Positions 19,590 through 27,869 of a stretch of DNA of 64,000 nucleotides are shown one piece after another (position 1 is the first letter of the stretch; every line of letters begins with the position of its first letter). The notes below the pieces were generated by a model. It worked only from the letters and a program-made list of their open reading frames with translations, was not told the DNA's origin and made no database searches. This stretch comes from Parasutterella excrementihominis (GTDB lineage: Bacteria > Bacillota_I > Bacilli_A > RFN20 > CAG-826): NCBI GenBank assembly GCA_963614595.1, contig CAVECL010000003.1:4125-68124 (forward strand), read 5' to 3'. The position numbers and the translations under genes were made by a program.

Positions 19590-20573
19590 ATGAAAAAAGA
19601 GATTCTGGCATTGGGGCTCATGGCTTTGGCTTTAGCTTCCTGCGGAGGCGGGAACCAAGACCGTTACGAGGTCAAATGGGTGACCCCGACGGGCGCCCCG
19701 ACCTTGGCTTTCTATGACCAGGGAGAAAACTCCAATTGGGTGAGCGCGTCAAACCCCAGCGAAGTCGTCGTCCCTAGCTTCGCCGCGAATAGCTATGACT
19801 TCATCGTCTTCGACGGAGTCTCCGGGCTAAACGTCATGGCCAAAAACGCGAACGCCGCGAATTATAAGCTCGCAAGATGGATCAACAATCTCGGTTTCTA
19901 CGTGGTCTCTTTGAAGCACACCCAAGAGGAAACCAAGACCTGGGATTCCTCTTGGAAGATCGACGGATTCGTGCAATCGGGCAATTCCTCGCGCGCTTTC
20001 CTCTCTTTGGCGAGCTCCGTTTGGAATTGGGGCGATGTCTCCAGCCAAGTCACTTACGAGGCCGGGGTGAGCCAGGTCGCGAGCAACATCGCCGCCGACG
20101 GCTATGATTTCTACGTGGTCGCCGACCCCGTCTACACGACCTTGAAGACCAAGATGGGCGATAAGCTCCATCTTATTTACGACATGCAGGAAGAATGGAC
20201 GAAGGCGCATGAAGGCCAAAAGATCCCCAGCGCCGCCTTGTTCGTGAATACCTCGCTCTATAGTTCCCATCAAAGCGAGCTCGATAGGTTTTTGAACGAG
20301 ACCGACAAGCGCCTGAACACGCTTGTGGACACCCCTTTGACCGCCCAGCAGGCTTTGGAGGAATACGCGAAAAGCAATAGCGATGCGGTGGTGGGGGGCA
20401 ATTACGTGAAATTCGGCATCTCCTCCTCGATCGTGGGCAATTTGGCGGCCCTGCAAGCAAACAACGCCTTCGGATTCGTGAAAACATCGGATGTCAGCGA
20501 TAAGAAAGCCGTCGCGGATTCCTTCAATGCGGCCTTGGGCGGAACGAGTTTCTCTGACGATTTGTTCTTTTGA
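19590..20573 (+). CDS. Lipoprotein, probable ABC-transporter substrate-binding protein (SsuA/TauA/NMT1-like)
   Basis: Signal peptide with lipobox LALASC at residues 13-18. GGAGAGG is upstream. Immediately followed by an ABC permease. The fold assignment is inference only. Confidence 0.5.
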   Translation: MKKEILALGLMALALASCGGGNQDRYEVKWVTPTGAPTLAFYDQGENSNWVSASNPSEVVVPSFAANSYDFIVFDGVSGLNVMAKNANAANYKLARWINNLGFYVVSLKHTQEETKTWDSSWKIDGFVQSGNSSRAFLSLASSVWNWGDVSSQVTYEAGVSQVASNIAADGYDFYVVADPVYTTLKTKMGDKLHLIYDMQEEWTKAHEGQKIPSAALFVNTSLYSSHQSELDRFLNETDKRLNTLVDTPLTAQQALEEYAKSNSDAVVGGNYVKFGISSSIVGNLAALQANNAFGFVKTSDVSDKKAVADSFNAALGGTSFSDDLFF

Positions 20574-20588
20574 TTCTAGAGGCGCGCA

Positions 20589-21395
20589 GTGGGGGAGAGA
20601 AGGAAGAAAAAGATCGGCCTTGTCTGGCTTTTCGCTCTTCTTGGAGTCCTTTTCATCTTCGCGCTTTGGTATCTGATCGCCTTCTTGCTCCATCAAAAGG
20701 AGAATTACGGCGTCCCTTATCCCCATCAGAGCATCGCTTTGGCGTGCTCTTTTCTTTTCGCGAATGGGGCCTCTTCGACTTGGAAAGCCATATTCTGGAC
20801 CTTGTTAAGAATCCTGATCGGCCTGACGCTTTCCTTCGTCCTCGGGGGCTTTTTCGGGATTGTCGCGGGCTTATTCAAGCCGTTCCGTTATTTCTTCAAG
20901 CCTGGGATTGGGGCCTTAAGAGCCATCCCGACGGTCGCGATCGTCTTGGTTTTGATCTCCGTGATCATGGGCGCGCGCGCCCATGAATGGCTGTCTTGGG
21001 TGCCTGTAGTCCTGACTTTCGTCGTGGCTTTTCCTTTGTATTTCGAAGCCTTCCAAAGCGGCGTTCTGAATGAAGACAGAGATGTGAGGGATTCCCTTTC
21101 CCTAGAGGGGGCCTCAAGGAAGCTTTTGACGATCCGGAAGGTCTATCTTCCGGATTCCTGGCCGTTCATCAGGATGAGCCTAGCCCAGAGCGTCGGCCTT
21201 GGGTTCAAGGTTTCCATCATGGCGGAGGTTCTTACGAACACGAGCTCAGGGCAGATCGGCCTAGGAACCTTGATCGTCTTGTCCAGACAGGTTGACGGAG
21301 GGATTGAGGCCATCCCGGCATATGCATTGATTACCTTGGTTCTCATGGCTTTGCTTGATTTACCGTTTTTCGTCCTCAAGGCCAAAAAAGACTGA
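20589..21395 (+). CDS. ABC transporter permease (NitT/TauT-type binding-protein-dependent family)
   Basis: About six TM segments and an EAA-like loop LEGASRKLLTIRKVYLPDSWPFIRMSLAQSVG. GTG start. No ATPase gene is adjacent. Confidence 0.7.
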   Translation: MGERRKKKIGLVWLFALLGVLFIFALWYLIAFLLHQKENYGVPYPHQSIALACSFLFANGASSTWKAIFWTLLRILIGLTLSFVLGGFFGIVAGLFKPFRYFFKPGIGALRAIPTVAIVLVLISVIMGARAHEWLSWVPVVLTFVVAFPLYFEAFQSGVLNEDRDVRDSLSLEGASRKLLTIRKVYLPDSWPFIRMSLAQSVGLGFKVSIMAEVLTNTSSGQIGLGTLIVLSRQVDGGIEAIPAYALITLVLMALLDLPFFVLKAKKD

Positions 21396-21533
21396 GAGTG
21401 AATTTTAGATTGACATTCTTGCCGTCTCAACAAATTCATAAACGTTGGCTCGCCTATAAGACGAGAGGATTCTCGCTAAGCGAGGCGGGTTGACGATTTT
21501 CGTTTTGAAGAGCGGAAAAGCAGAAATTCACGA

Positions 21534-21550
21534 TTAGTAGTTTTTTGGTA
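21534..21550 (+). repeat. TTAGTAGTTTTTTRGTW motif copy (AT-rich island after the ABC permease)
   Basis: TTAGTAGTTTTTTGGTA. Confidence 0.7.
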
Positions 21551-21745
21551 ATTCTCATTTTGAGGGGAAAATGGGGAATTCCTAGTGTGAATAAACGTTT
21601 TGACGAGAATAAATAGATTAAAAATAAGGCCAACTATCTTTATTTTTTGCGCTTTACTTAACATAATAGACATTATGCGAAGTTCCCTTATTTTAGAGGA
21701 AAATCGGTGGAAAAAGAAAAAGTCGAATCAACTAATTTAAATATG

Positions 21746-21770
21746 AAAAAGCAGCCACCGCAGTGGCTGC
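21746..21770 (-). terminator. Rho-independent terminator of the yqeG...rsfS operon
   Basis: GCAGCCAC-cgca-GTGGCTGC (8-bp stem). A U-run follows on the minus strand (AAAAA on plus at 21746-21750). Confidence 0.8.
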
Positions 21771-21787
21771 TTGCAATTCAACAGGGC

Positions 21788-22129
21788 TTAGGCTCTCTTT
21801 GAGGTCACTTCTTTCTCAAGAAGTCCTTCAAGGTCGATTTCTTTTCTATTGACGTCTAGGAAGATATGAACCACAACCTCCCCCGCTTCCACTATCATCC
21901 ATCCGGATTCAGGGATCCCGTCTTTCTTGAGCTCGGTGAACCCAGCCTTTTCGAATTCCTCTTCAAGGTTCTCAGAGAGGGCTCCGAGCTGACGGACGTT
22001 GTTCGCCGTGGAGAGCACATAATAGGATGAGAAGGGGCTGAACCCCTGGACGTCCACCACTGCGATGTCCTCCGCTTTGTGGTCTTCGAGACACTTCTTC
22101 GCGATCTCGAGTTCTTTGCATTCACTCAT
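21788..22129 (-). CDS. rsfS: Ribosomal silencing factor RsfS (iojap-like)
   Basis: 113 aa with KAEDIAVVDV...YYVLSTANNVRQ...GWMIVEAGEVVVHIF. Last gene of the yqeG-type operon. Confidence 0.88.
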   Translation of the reverse strand: MSECKELEIAKKCLEDHKAEDIAVVDVQGFSPFSSYYVLSTANNVRQLGALSENLEEEFEKAGFTELKKDGIPESGWMIVEAGEVVVHIFLDVNRKEIDLEGLLEKEVTSKRA

Positions 22130-23133
22130 TTTTCCTTATCTCCTAAATAGTAATCAAAGCATCGTTTCGTCATGGGATTATCGACTTTATAGCCTTTCTG
22201 CGTCAAGTATTTGCGGTTCTCTCTAAGCACCATGAGAAAGCCTTTGTCAATGTTCCTCATGCATTCTTTTATCATCGCCGAGGAATCATATCCCCTTAAG
22301 GGATCGATCTTGTCCGCGGCATAGACGATCTTCGCGATTGTGCTCATTTTCGCTTCGCCGGTCGCGTGGGCCACGAAGCCGTCGATGACGTTCATGTTGA
22401 AGACGTGAAATTCGCTGGTGAGGAGGTAGGCCCCCACGGTCTGATGATAGGACCATTCGGGGTTGTTGACGAAGCTAGGGAAATGCTTCTTTATGATCTC
22501 GAGGCTTTTCGCCTTGTCGTAATGTTTCCCTATATCGTGGAAAAGCCCCGCCAAATAAGCATCCCCCGGCCACTCGTATTTGTTGCTTATGGCAATCTGG
22601 TAAGAGAGCCTCGCCACGGAAATGCTGTGTTCCAAGCGATGTTCGCTTTTTAAGAATTTCGCCAGTTTTCCGACGTAATAAAGGCGCTTCTCCTCGATGT
22701 AGTCCCTGACCGGGTCAACCGCGATGAAGCTGCGCCCGCCGCGGCAATTGCTTTCGTATGGCTTGCATTTCTTGTAGCGCACCACATCCGGGTCAAGGCA
22801 AATCTCTGTCCTTTCTCCGAAATCCTCTTCGCTCATGAAAGGCCTTCGGTTCGCCGGGCAGCCTAGCGATTCCTCCAAATAGATATCCGTTGCGTCTTTG
22901 CGGATGTAAGAAGAATCAATCGAAAAAGAGGGCTCGTTTTTCAAGGCGAGCTCCAGCATCGCGAGGCGGTCTTCGTCGCTTGCGTCCGCATCATCGATCT
23001 TTTCCGCCGGAAGAGGCGCGAAAACGATCGGGCGCCCCGTCCTTTCATGCTCTTTCCTCGCGAGTTCGAGCAGCCCTTGGTTGACGGGGTCGAAATCGCC
23101 GAAGAAATAAAGTGGCTTAAGCTTCCGTTCCAT
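22126..23133 (-). CDS. yqeK: Fusion of a NadD-like domain (HxGH motif degenerate) with the YqeK HD-domain hydrolase
   Basis: The C-terminal half carries HD motifs (HSISVARLSY, GLFHDIGK, AADKID). The N-terminal ~150 aa align with nicotinate-nucleotide adenylyltransferase (YFFGDFDPVNQGLL..., VRDYIEEKRLYY), but the expected P-x-H-x-G-H reads P-V-N-Q-G-L. Confidence 0.7.
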   Translation of the reverse strand: MERKLKPLYFFGDFDPVNQGLLELARKEHERTGRPIVFAPLPAEKIDDADASDEDRLAMLELALKNEPSFSIDSSYIRKDATDIYLEESLGCPANRRPFMSEEDFGERTEICLDPDVVRYKKCKPYESNCRGGRSFIAVDPVRDYIEEKRLYYVGKLAKFLKSEHRLEHSISVARLSYQIAISNKYEWPGDAYLAGLFHDIGKHYDKAKSLEIIKKHFPSFVNNPEWSYHQTVGAYLLTSEFHVFNMNVIDGFVAHATGEAKMSTIAKIVYAADKIDPLRGYDSSAMIKECMRNIDKGFLMVLRENRKYLTQKGYKVDNPMTKRCFDYYLGDKEK

Positions 23134-23134
23134 C

Positions 23135-23428
23135 TTACTTGGGGAGGACGATCTTGGGGGCTTTCTTCGAGCGGCGGTAAAGCACGACGACCTTGCCGAT
23201 CACCTGCACGAGCTCCGCGCCCGTTTTGGATGCGAGGGTCTCCCCTGCGTCTTTGGCGCTCATGGGGCAATTGGAGTTCAGCCCCACTTTGATGAGCTCC
23301 TTGGCCTCTAAAGCCGCGTCGATCTGGGCGATGAAGGATTCGTCGATCTCCCCTTTGCCGAGCAAATAGCGATGGCTGATGGGGTTGGCGAGTCCTTTTA
23401 GATAGCGTTTCTGATTTCCTTTAAGCAT
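23135..23428 (-). CDS. yhbY: RNA-binding protein YhbY/YqeI (CRS1 domain)
   Basis: 97 aa with KGNQKRYLKGLANPISHRYLLGKGEI...ELIKV...IGKVVVLYR. Confidence 0.85.
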   Translation of the reverse strand: MLKGNQKRYLKGLANPISHRYLLGKGEIDESFIAQIDAALEAKELIKVGLNSNCPMSAKDAGETLASKTGAELVQVIGKVVVLYRRSKKAPKIVLPK

Positions 23429-23437
23429 GGTTTCTCC

Positions 23438-24589
23438 TTAATTTGGCTTAGAGATTTTAGCCCTCGAGGTGTATAAGGCAACGCCTTTTATCACGTAGAT
23501 GCGGAAGGTTTGCCCGTTTCCCTTGAAGCTTATCCAGCCTAAGCCCTCGATTCCGATGTCCCTTTCCGTCTGCTCGTCCACCTTGAGGTCGAAGGCGTCG
23601 GCGTCATTGGCGGAAAAAGGGAGTTTCCTCTCGCTTTGCTTCCCAAACTGCATCATGAGCTTCCGCATCGTCTGCTCGCCTAGGCTTGCCTTGGTCTTGA
23701 AGACGTGGACCGGTTTGGCGACGTAGATCTTGATCGGCGTCTTGGGGCCTGAGAGCAGGTCGATTCTGGCAAGATGGTCGCCGAAGAAGATTCCTTCTCC
23801 CGGGAAAAGGGTGAAAGAGCGAGGCTTCACCTCCTCTTTCGGTGCGAGGGAGAAGGAAGTGAGGGCGTCCACGTGGGCGACCATCGAGTTCTCGACGCTC
23901 GTACCCGGGGTGTCGTAAAGCGAGGAAGAGGAATCTAAAGGCACCGTCAAGACGTTCAAGGAGGTGCCGGGATAGGCGCTTGTTGCTATGGAGCGGTTCG
24001 AAGGGTTCTTGTAAGTCCTCAGGAAGGCGTTCGCGAAGACGCTTTTGCCTGAGGAGGAAGCGCCGATGACGTAGACGTCATGCCCCCTTCTTTCCCTCTC
24101 TATGCGTTCTGCGATGTCTTTGACGTCGCTGGCGAACTGCAGCGAGACGAGCTCCACGTCCTCTGCCCGGACGGAGAGCCTTTCTTTTCGGAAGCGATGG
24201 GCGACGTAGGCTTTCAAGGACTCGTCGTCCGCGTTCTTCGGGAGAAGATCCCTCTTGTTGGCGAGCACCAGGATATTTAGGCCTTGGAGCAATTCGTTGG
24301 CCTCCGGGATGAAGCTTGTCTCGAAGGAGAAAAGATCCACCACATAGACGATCAAAGAATCGCTCGCCTGCGCGTCTTTCATCATCAAAAGGAAGTCAGG
24401 CGAAGCCTTTGGAGTCTTGGGGCTAAGATTGTAGCGCGTGCTCTTCCAGCAGGATTCGCAGAACAAAGGGGCGCCAAGAGGCGCGTTCTCGACGTTCTTC
24501 TTCTCGATGTAGCCCGGCGCGCTGGGATCCTCGCTTTGGAGTATCGCCCCGCAGCCGTAGCAGCGTCTGACAACGCTGAATTCGCTCAT
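23438..24589 (-). CDS. yqeH: Ribosome biogenesis GTPase YqeH
   Basis: N-terminal zinc finger (CYGCGAILQSEDP...FCESC) and a circularly permuted GTPase (LANKRDLLP, VIGASSSGKS). Start set at ATG 24589, which overlaps the yqeG stop as ATGA and has GGAGGAAA upstream. The track ORF extends to 24676. Confidence 0.85.
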   Translation of the reverse strand: MSEFSVVRRCYGCGAILQSEDPSAPGYIEKKNVENAPLGAPLFCESCWKSTRYNLSPKTPKASPDFLLMMKDAQASDSLIVYVVDLFSFETSFIPEANELLQGLNILVLANKRDLLPKNADDESLKAYVAHRFRKERLSVRAEDVELVSLQFASDVKDIAERIERERRGHDVYVIGASSSGKSVFANAFLRTYKNPSNRSIATSAYPGTSLNVLTVPLDSSSSLYDTPGTSVENSMVAHVDALTSFSLAPKEEVKPRSFTLFPGEGIFFGDHLARIDLLSGPKTPIKIYVAKPVHVFKTKASLGEQTMRKLMMQFGKQSERKLPFSANDADAFDLKVDEQTERDIGIEGLGWISFKGNGQTFRIYVIKGVALYTSRAKISKPN

Positions 24590-25110
24590 AACATTTCCTC
24601 CCAGGGCTTCGCGAGCCCTTTCTTTTTGATCTTTTCCCGTTTCGGGCGGTCGAAGAGACGGTTGAACTTCGTCCAAGGGGGCTCATGGGGATCAAGAGGC
24701 TCGGTCAAAATGCATCTTACGCCCGCCCCGTTGCACGCGGTCACGTCGGTCATGACCTGATCGCCGACCATCATGCATTCCTCCGGGCTCAGCCCCTTGG
24801 TCCGAAGGAACTTTTTCAAAGGACCGGAGAAGGGTTTCCTCATCATGCTCGCGAATTCAATGCCGAGATCCTTCGCGAAGCGGCTGACCCTCGCGCCGGT
24901 GTTGTTGGAAAGGATATAAACGGTTAAGCCGTTGCGCTTGGCTTCTTCGCACCATTTGACTGCCCTCTCTTCGGGGAGCGGGCAGGAATAAGGGGCAATC
25001 GTGTTATCAAGGTCGAGGAAGATGACCTTCACGCCTTTTGCCTTGTAGAAAGAGAAAGGAATCTCGTAGAGAGAAGCGGCCAGGGCATAAGGGATTCGTT
25101 TCTTCAGCAT
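24586..25110 (-). CDS. yqeG: HAD-family phosphatase YqeG
   Basis: IFLDLDNTIAPY, YILSNN, MVGDQVMTDV. First gene of the yqeG-yqeH-yhbY-nadD/yqeK-rsfS operon. Confidence 0.85.
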   Translation of the reverse strand: MLKKRIPYALAASLYEIPFSFYKAKGVKVIFLDLDNTIAPYSCPLPEERAVKWCEEAKRNGLTVYILSNNTGARVSRFAKDLGIEFASMMRKPFSGPLKKFLRTKGLSPEECMMVGDQVMTDVTACNGAGVRCILTEPLDPHEPPWTKFNRLFDRPKREKIKKKGLAKPWEEML

Positions 25111-25265
25111 CTAGGATATTTTACCCTTAAAAGGGTAAGCGATAAAGGCGGTATTTACAGACGAAAAACTGAATTTTTTTAAATTTAGTCTAAATAACTA
25201 TTTTGATATTTTTTTTCGATTATGTCGAATGAATACCTACTAATTTATAACTAGTTTTAAACTAA

Positions 25266-27869
25266 TTAATCATCATCACCGAAAATCGAGATTTGTTCGA
25301 ACCTTTCGGCTGGCTTCTCGATTTCCTCGCTCTCAGGCAAGGCCGCTTCCCCTTCTTCTGAGACCGGGGAGGCATAGGAAACGATGCTTTCGTCGATGTA
25401 ATCCTTCGCCCTGCGGTTCACGGAGAGAACGGTTTCTTTCTTGGGGAAAGACTCTTCTCTCTTGGCGTTCTTTTCCATCGGGGTGAGGTTCCAGTTCGCG
25501 AGGCTGATCTCATAGCGGGAGGCGTCGCTGAGATTCGCATAAAGCGAATAAGGAGAGGCCTTATCCCCCACTTTGTCGCCGAAGACGGTCGTATGAGGCT
25601 CGCTCTTGAAGCACTTATAAAGCAAGGTGGCTTTGGTGAGGCGCTCGCCCTCGGGAATGTTGTTCAAAGAGACGACGCGCACATTGCCCAAATCGGTGAC
25701 GATGAAGAATTTTCCATCAAGCTCCTCGGGGGAGAAAGCCATAAGCGAAACCGCGTGGTTCCCTTTGAAGGCCGCGGCTTTGACGCCAGAGCTGATGCCC
25801 ACGTTCATTGGGACCTGGCTTTCGTTATAGCGGGAGCATTGGCCGATTTTGGAAACCAAGACCAAGGTGGAGTTCCCGCAGGTCAAGGCGACGTCGGCGA
25901 CCTCGTCGTCGCGCAGCAAGCGCATGATGCGGATCGGGCGGTTGAAACGGGTGACGGGGAAATCGCTTAGCCTCGCTCTCTTGATCTGCCCTAGCTTTGA
26001 GAGGATCGCGAAATTAAGATCCTCGCGGAAGGATTTGATCGCGAAGGCGCGGACGAGTTTCTCCCCTTCCGCGAGCGAAATCGCATTATTCACGTGCACG
26101 CCCTCATCAAGCCACTTGTTGGCTTTAAGAAGATGGACGGGGACATAGAGATAATTGCCCAAGTTCGTGAAGGCGACCAGGAAATCGGTGGTGAGGCAGT
26201 TGCCTTCGTAAATGAGGGCATCCCCCGCTTTCAGCCCAGGGAGAGCCCCCGTAAGTCCGCCGCTGCTCCTCCAAGAGGCGATGGAGCTTCTCTTCACATA
26301 GCCATCGCGGCTCACGGTGAGGATGACCTCCTCTTTCGCGATGAGATCGCGCTTATCGACGGAGGTGAGGTTCTCCTTCTCTTCGGTGATCTGCGTCCTG
26401 CGGTCGTTGCCGTAGGTTTTCGCGATGTTGCGGAGATCCTCGATGATGAGGTTGTTTCTCTTGTTTGGGTCAGCAAGAATGGCCTTGAGCTCGGCGATCT
26501 CGTTTTGCAAGGCGTCCCTTTCTTGCTCCAAAGTGGCGATGTCGGTATGGGACAGCTTATAAAGGGGCATCTCGACGATGGCTTTGGCCTGAGGCTGGGT
26601 GAAAGCGAACTTCGCCATGAGGTTGTTCATGGAGTCCGCCTTATCCTGCGAGGCGCGAATCGTGGCCACCACTTCGTTGATGATCGAATAGGCCTTGATG
26701 AGGCCGAGGACGATTTCAAGCCTATCCTCGTCTTTCTTGAGGTCGTATTTGGTGCGGCGGGTGATGACTTCGATCTGATGGGCGATGTAGGTATCGCAAT
26801 AAGAGGAAAGATTCAAAGTCTGAGGACGCCCATCGACGATCGCGACCATATTGGCGCTATAGCCGGTCTTAAGCTGGGTTTTGCCCATCAAATAGGCAAG
26901 CACCGCGTCGGCTTTGAAGCCCTTGCGTATGTCGACGACGATGCGGGTGCCGTCCTTGTCGGATTCATCCCTTACCTCTTCGATGCCATCGATCTTCTTG
27001 TCGTGGCGGATTTCGTCGATGGAGCGGACCAAAGAGCTTTTGACGACCCCGTAGGGAATCTCTGTGATGATGATCTGGGCGGTCTGGTCCTCGTTTTCAA
27101 TCGTGTGATAGCAAGAGACCACGTCCACCCTGCCTTTGCCTTTGAGGTAGATGTCCTTAAGCCCTTGGGATTCGTAGATGATGCCGCCGGTTGGGAAATC
27201 GGGGCCGGGGATGTAGGCCATCAGGCTTTCAATGGGGCAGCGGGGATGCTTGATGCGATGGATGATCGCTTGGCAGACCTCTTTTAGGTTGTGCGGAGGG
27301 ATCTCGGTCGCGATGCCTACCGCGATGCCCGTGGAGCCGTTGACGAAAAGATTGGGGAAGCGGCTTGGAAGCACGCTGGGCTCAAACTCGGTATCGTCGA
27401 AGGTGAGCTCCATGTCGACCGTGTCTTTGCTCATGTCGCGGACCATTTCGTTGGCGACCGCGGCGAGCCGGGCCTCGGTGTAACGATAGGCGGCCGGGCC
27501 GTCGCCATCGACGGAGCCGTTGTTGCCCTGGAAATCGATGAGAGGGAGCCTCATCGCCCATTTCTGAGACATATGGACGAGGGCCCCGTAGATTGAGGAG
27601 TCTCCATGAGGGTGGTATTTGCCCATGACCTCTCCGACGATGTGCGCGCACTTCTTCGTGGGCCTGTCAATCGTGTTATGGGTGTTGTACATCGCGTAGA
27701 TTATGCGGCGCTGAACGGGCTTCAAACCATCTCTGGCGTCAGGGATGGCGCGATCTTGGATGACGTCTTTGGCGTATACGTCAAAACGGTCGCCCATCAG
27801 CTCGTCGAGGGTGCTTGGCTCGATGTTCTCTATGATTGGCTCGTTGTCTATCTTCCTGCGGGCGCTCAT
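25266..27869 (-). CDS. parC: DNA topoisomerase IV subunit A (ParC)
   Basis: RAIPDARDGLKPVQRRIIYAM (the VQRR form is ParC-like) and active-site AAYRYTEARL. Lies downstream of parE and next to plsY, as in B. subtilis. GyrA is not fully excluded. Confidence 0.8.
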   Translation of the reverse strand: MSARRKIDNEPIIENIEPSTLDELMGDRFDVYAKDVIQDRAIPDARDGLKPVQRRIIYAMYNTHNTIDRPTKKCAHIVGEVMGKYHPHGDSSIYGALVHMSQKWAMRLPLIDFQGNNGSVDGDGPAAYRYTEARLAAVANEMVRDMSKDTVDMELTFDDTEFEPSVLPSRFPNLFVNGSTGIAVGIATEIPPHNLKEVCQAIIHRIKHPRCPIESLMAYIPGPDFPTGGIIYESQGLKDIYLKGKGRVDVVSCYHTIENEDQTAQIIITEIPYGVVKSSLVRSIDEIRHDKKIDGIEEVRDESDKDGTRIVVDIRKGFKADAVLAYLMGKTQLKTGYSANMVAIVDGRPQTLNLSSYCDTYIAHQIEVITRRTKYDLKKDEDRLEIVLGLIKAYSIINEVVATIRASQDKADSMNNLMAKFAFTQPQAKAIVEMPLYKLSHTDIATLEQERDALQNEIAELKAILADPNKRNNLIIEDLRNIAKTYGNDRRTQITEEKENLTSVDKRDLIAKEEVILTVSRDGYVKRSSIASWRSSGGLTGALPGLKAGDALIYEGNCLTTDFLVAFTNLGNYLYVPVHLLKANKWLDEGVHVNNAISLAEGEKLVRAFAIKSFREDLNFAILSKLGQIKRARLSDFPVTRFNRPIRIMRLLRDDEVADVALTCGNSTLVLVSKIGQCSRYNESQVPMNVGISSGVKAAAFKGNHAVSLMAFSPEELDGKFFIVTDLGNVRVVSLNNIPEGERLTKATLLYKCFKSEPHTTVFGDKVGDKASPYSLYANLSDASRYEISLANWNLTPMEKNAKREESFPKKETVLSVNRRAKDYIDESIVSYASPVSEEGEAALPESEEIEKPAERFEQISIFGDDD

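Noticed and set aside
21476-21673. A 65-aa minus-strand ORF with a hydrophobic stretch in the AT-rich island, possibly a type I toxin-like peptide.
   Set aside because: AT-rich DNA yields Phe/Ile/Leu/Lys/Asn-rich ORFs by composition alone. The RBS is only a weak AAGGGA 10 nt upstream. No promoter or antisense-RNA arrangement could be supported.
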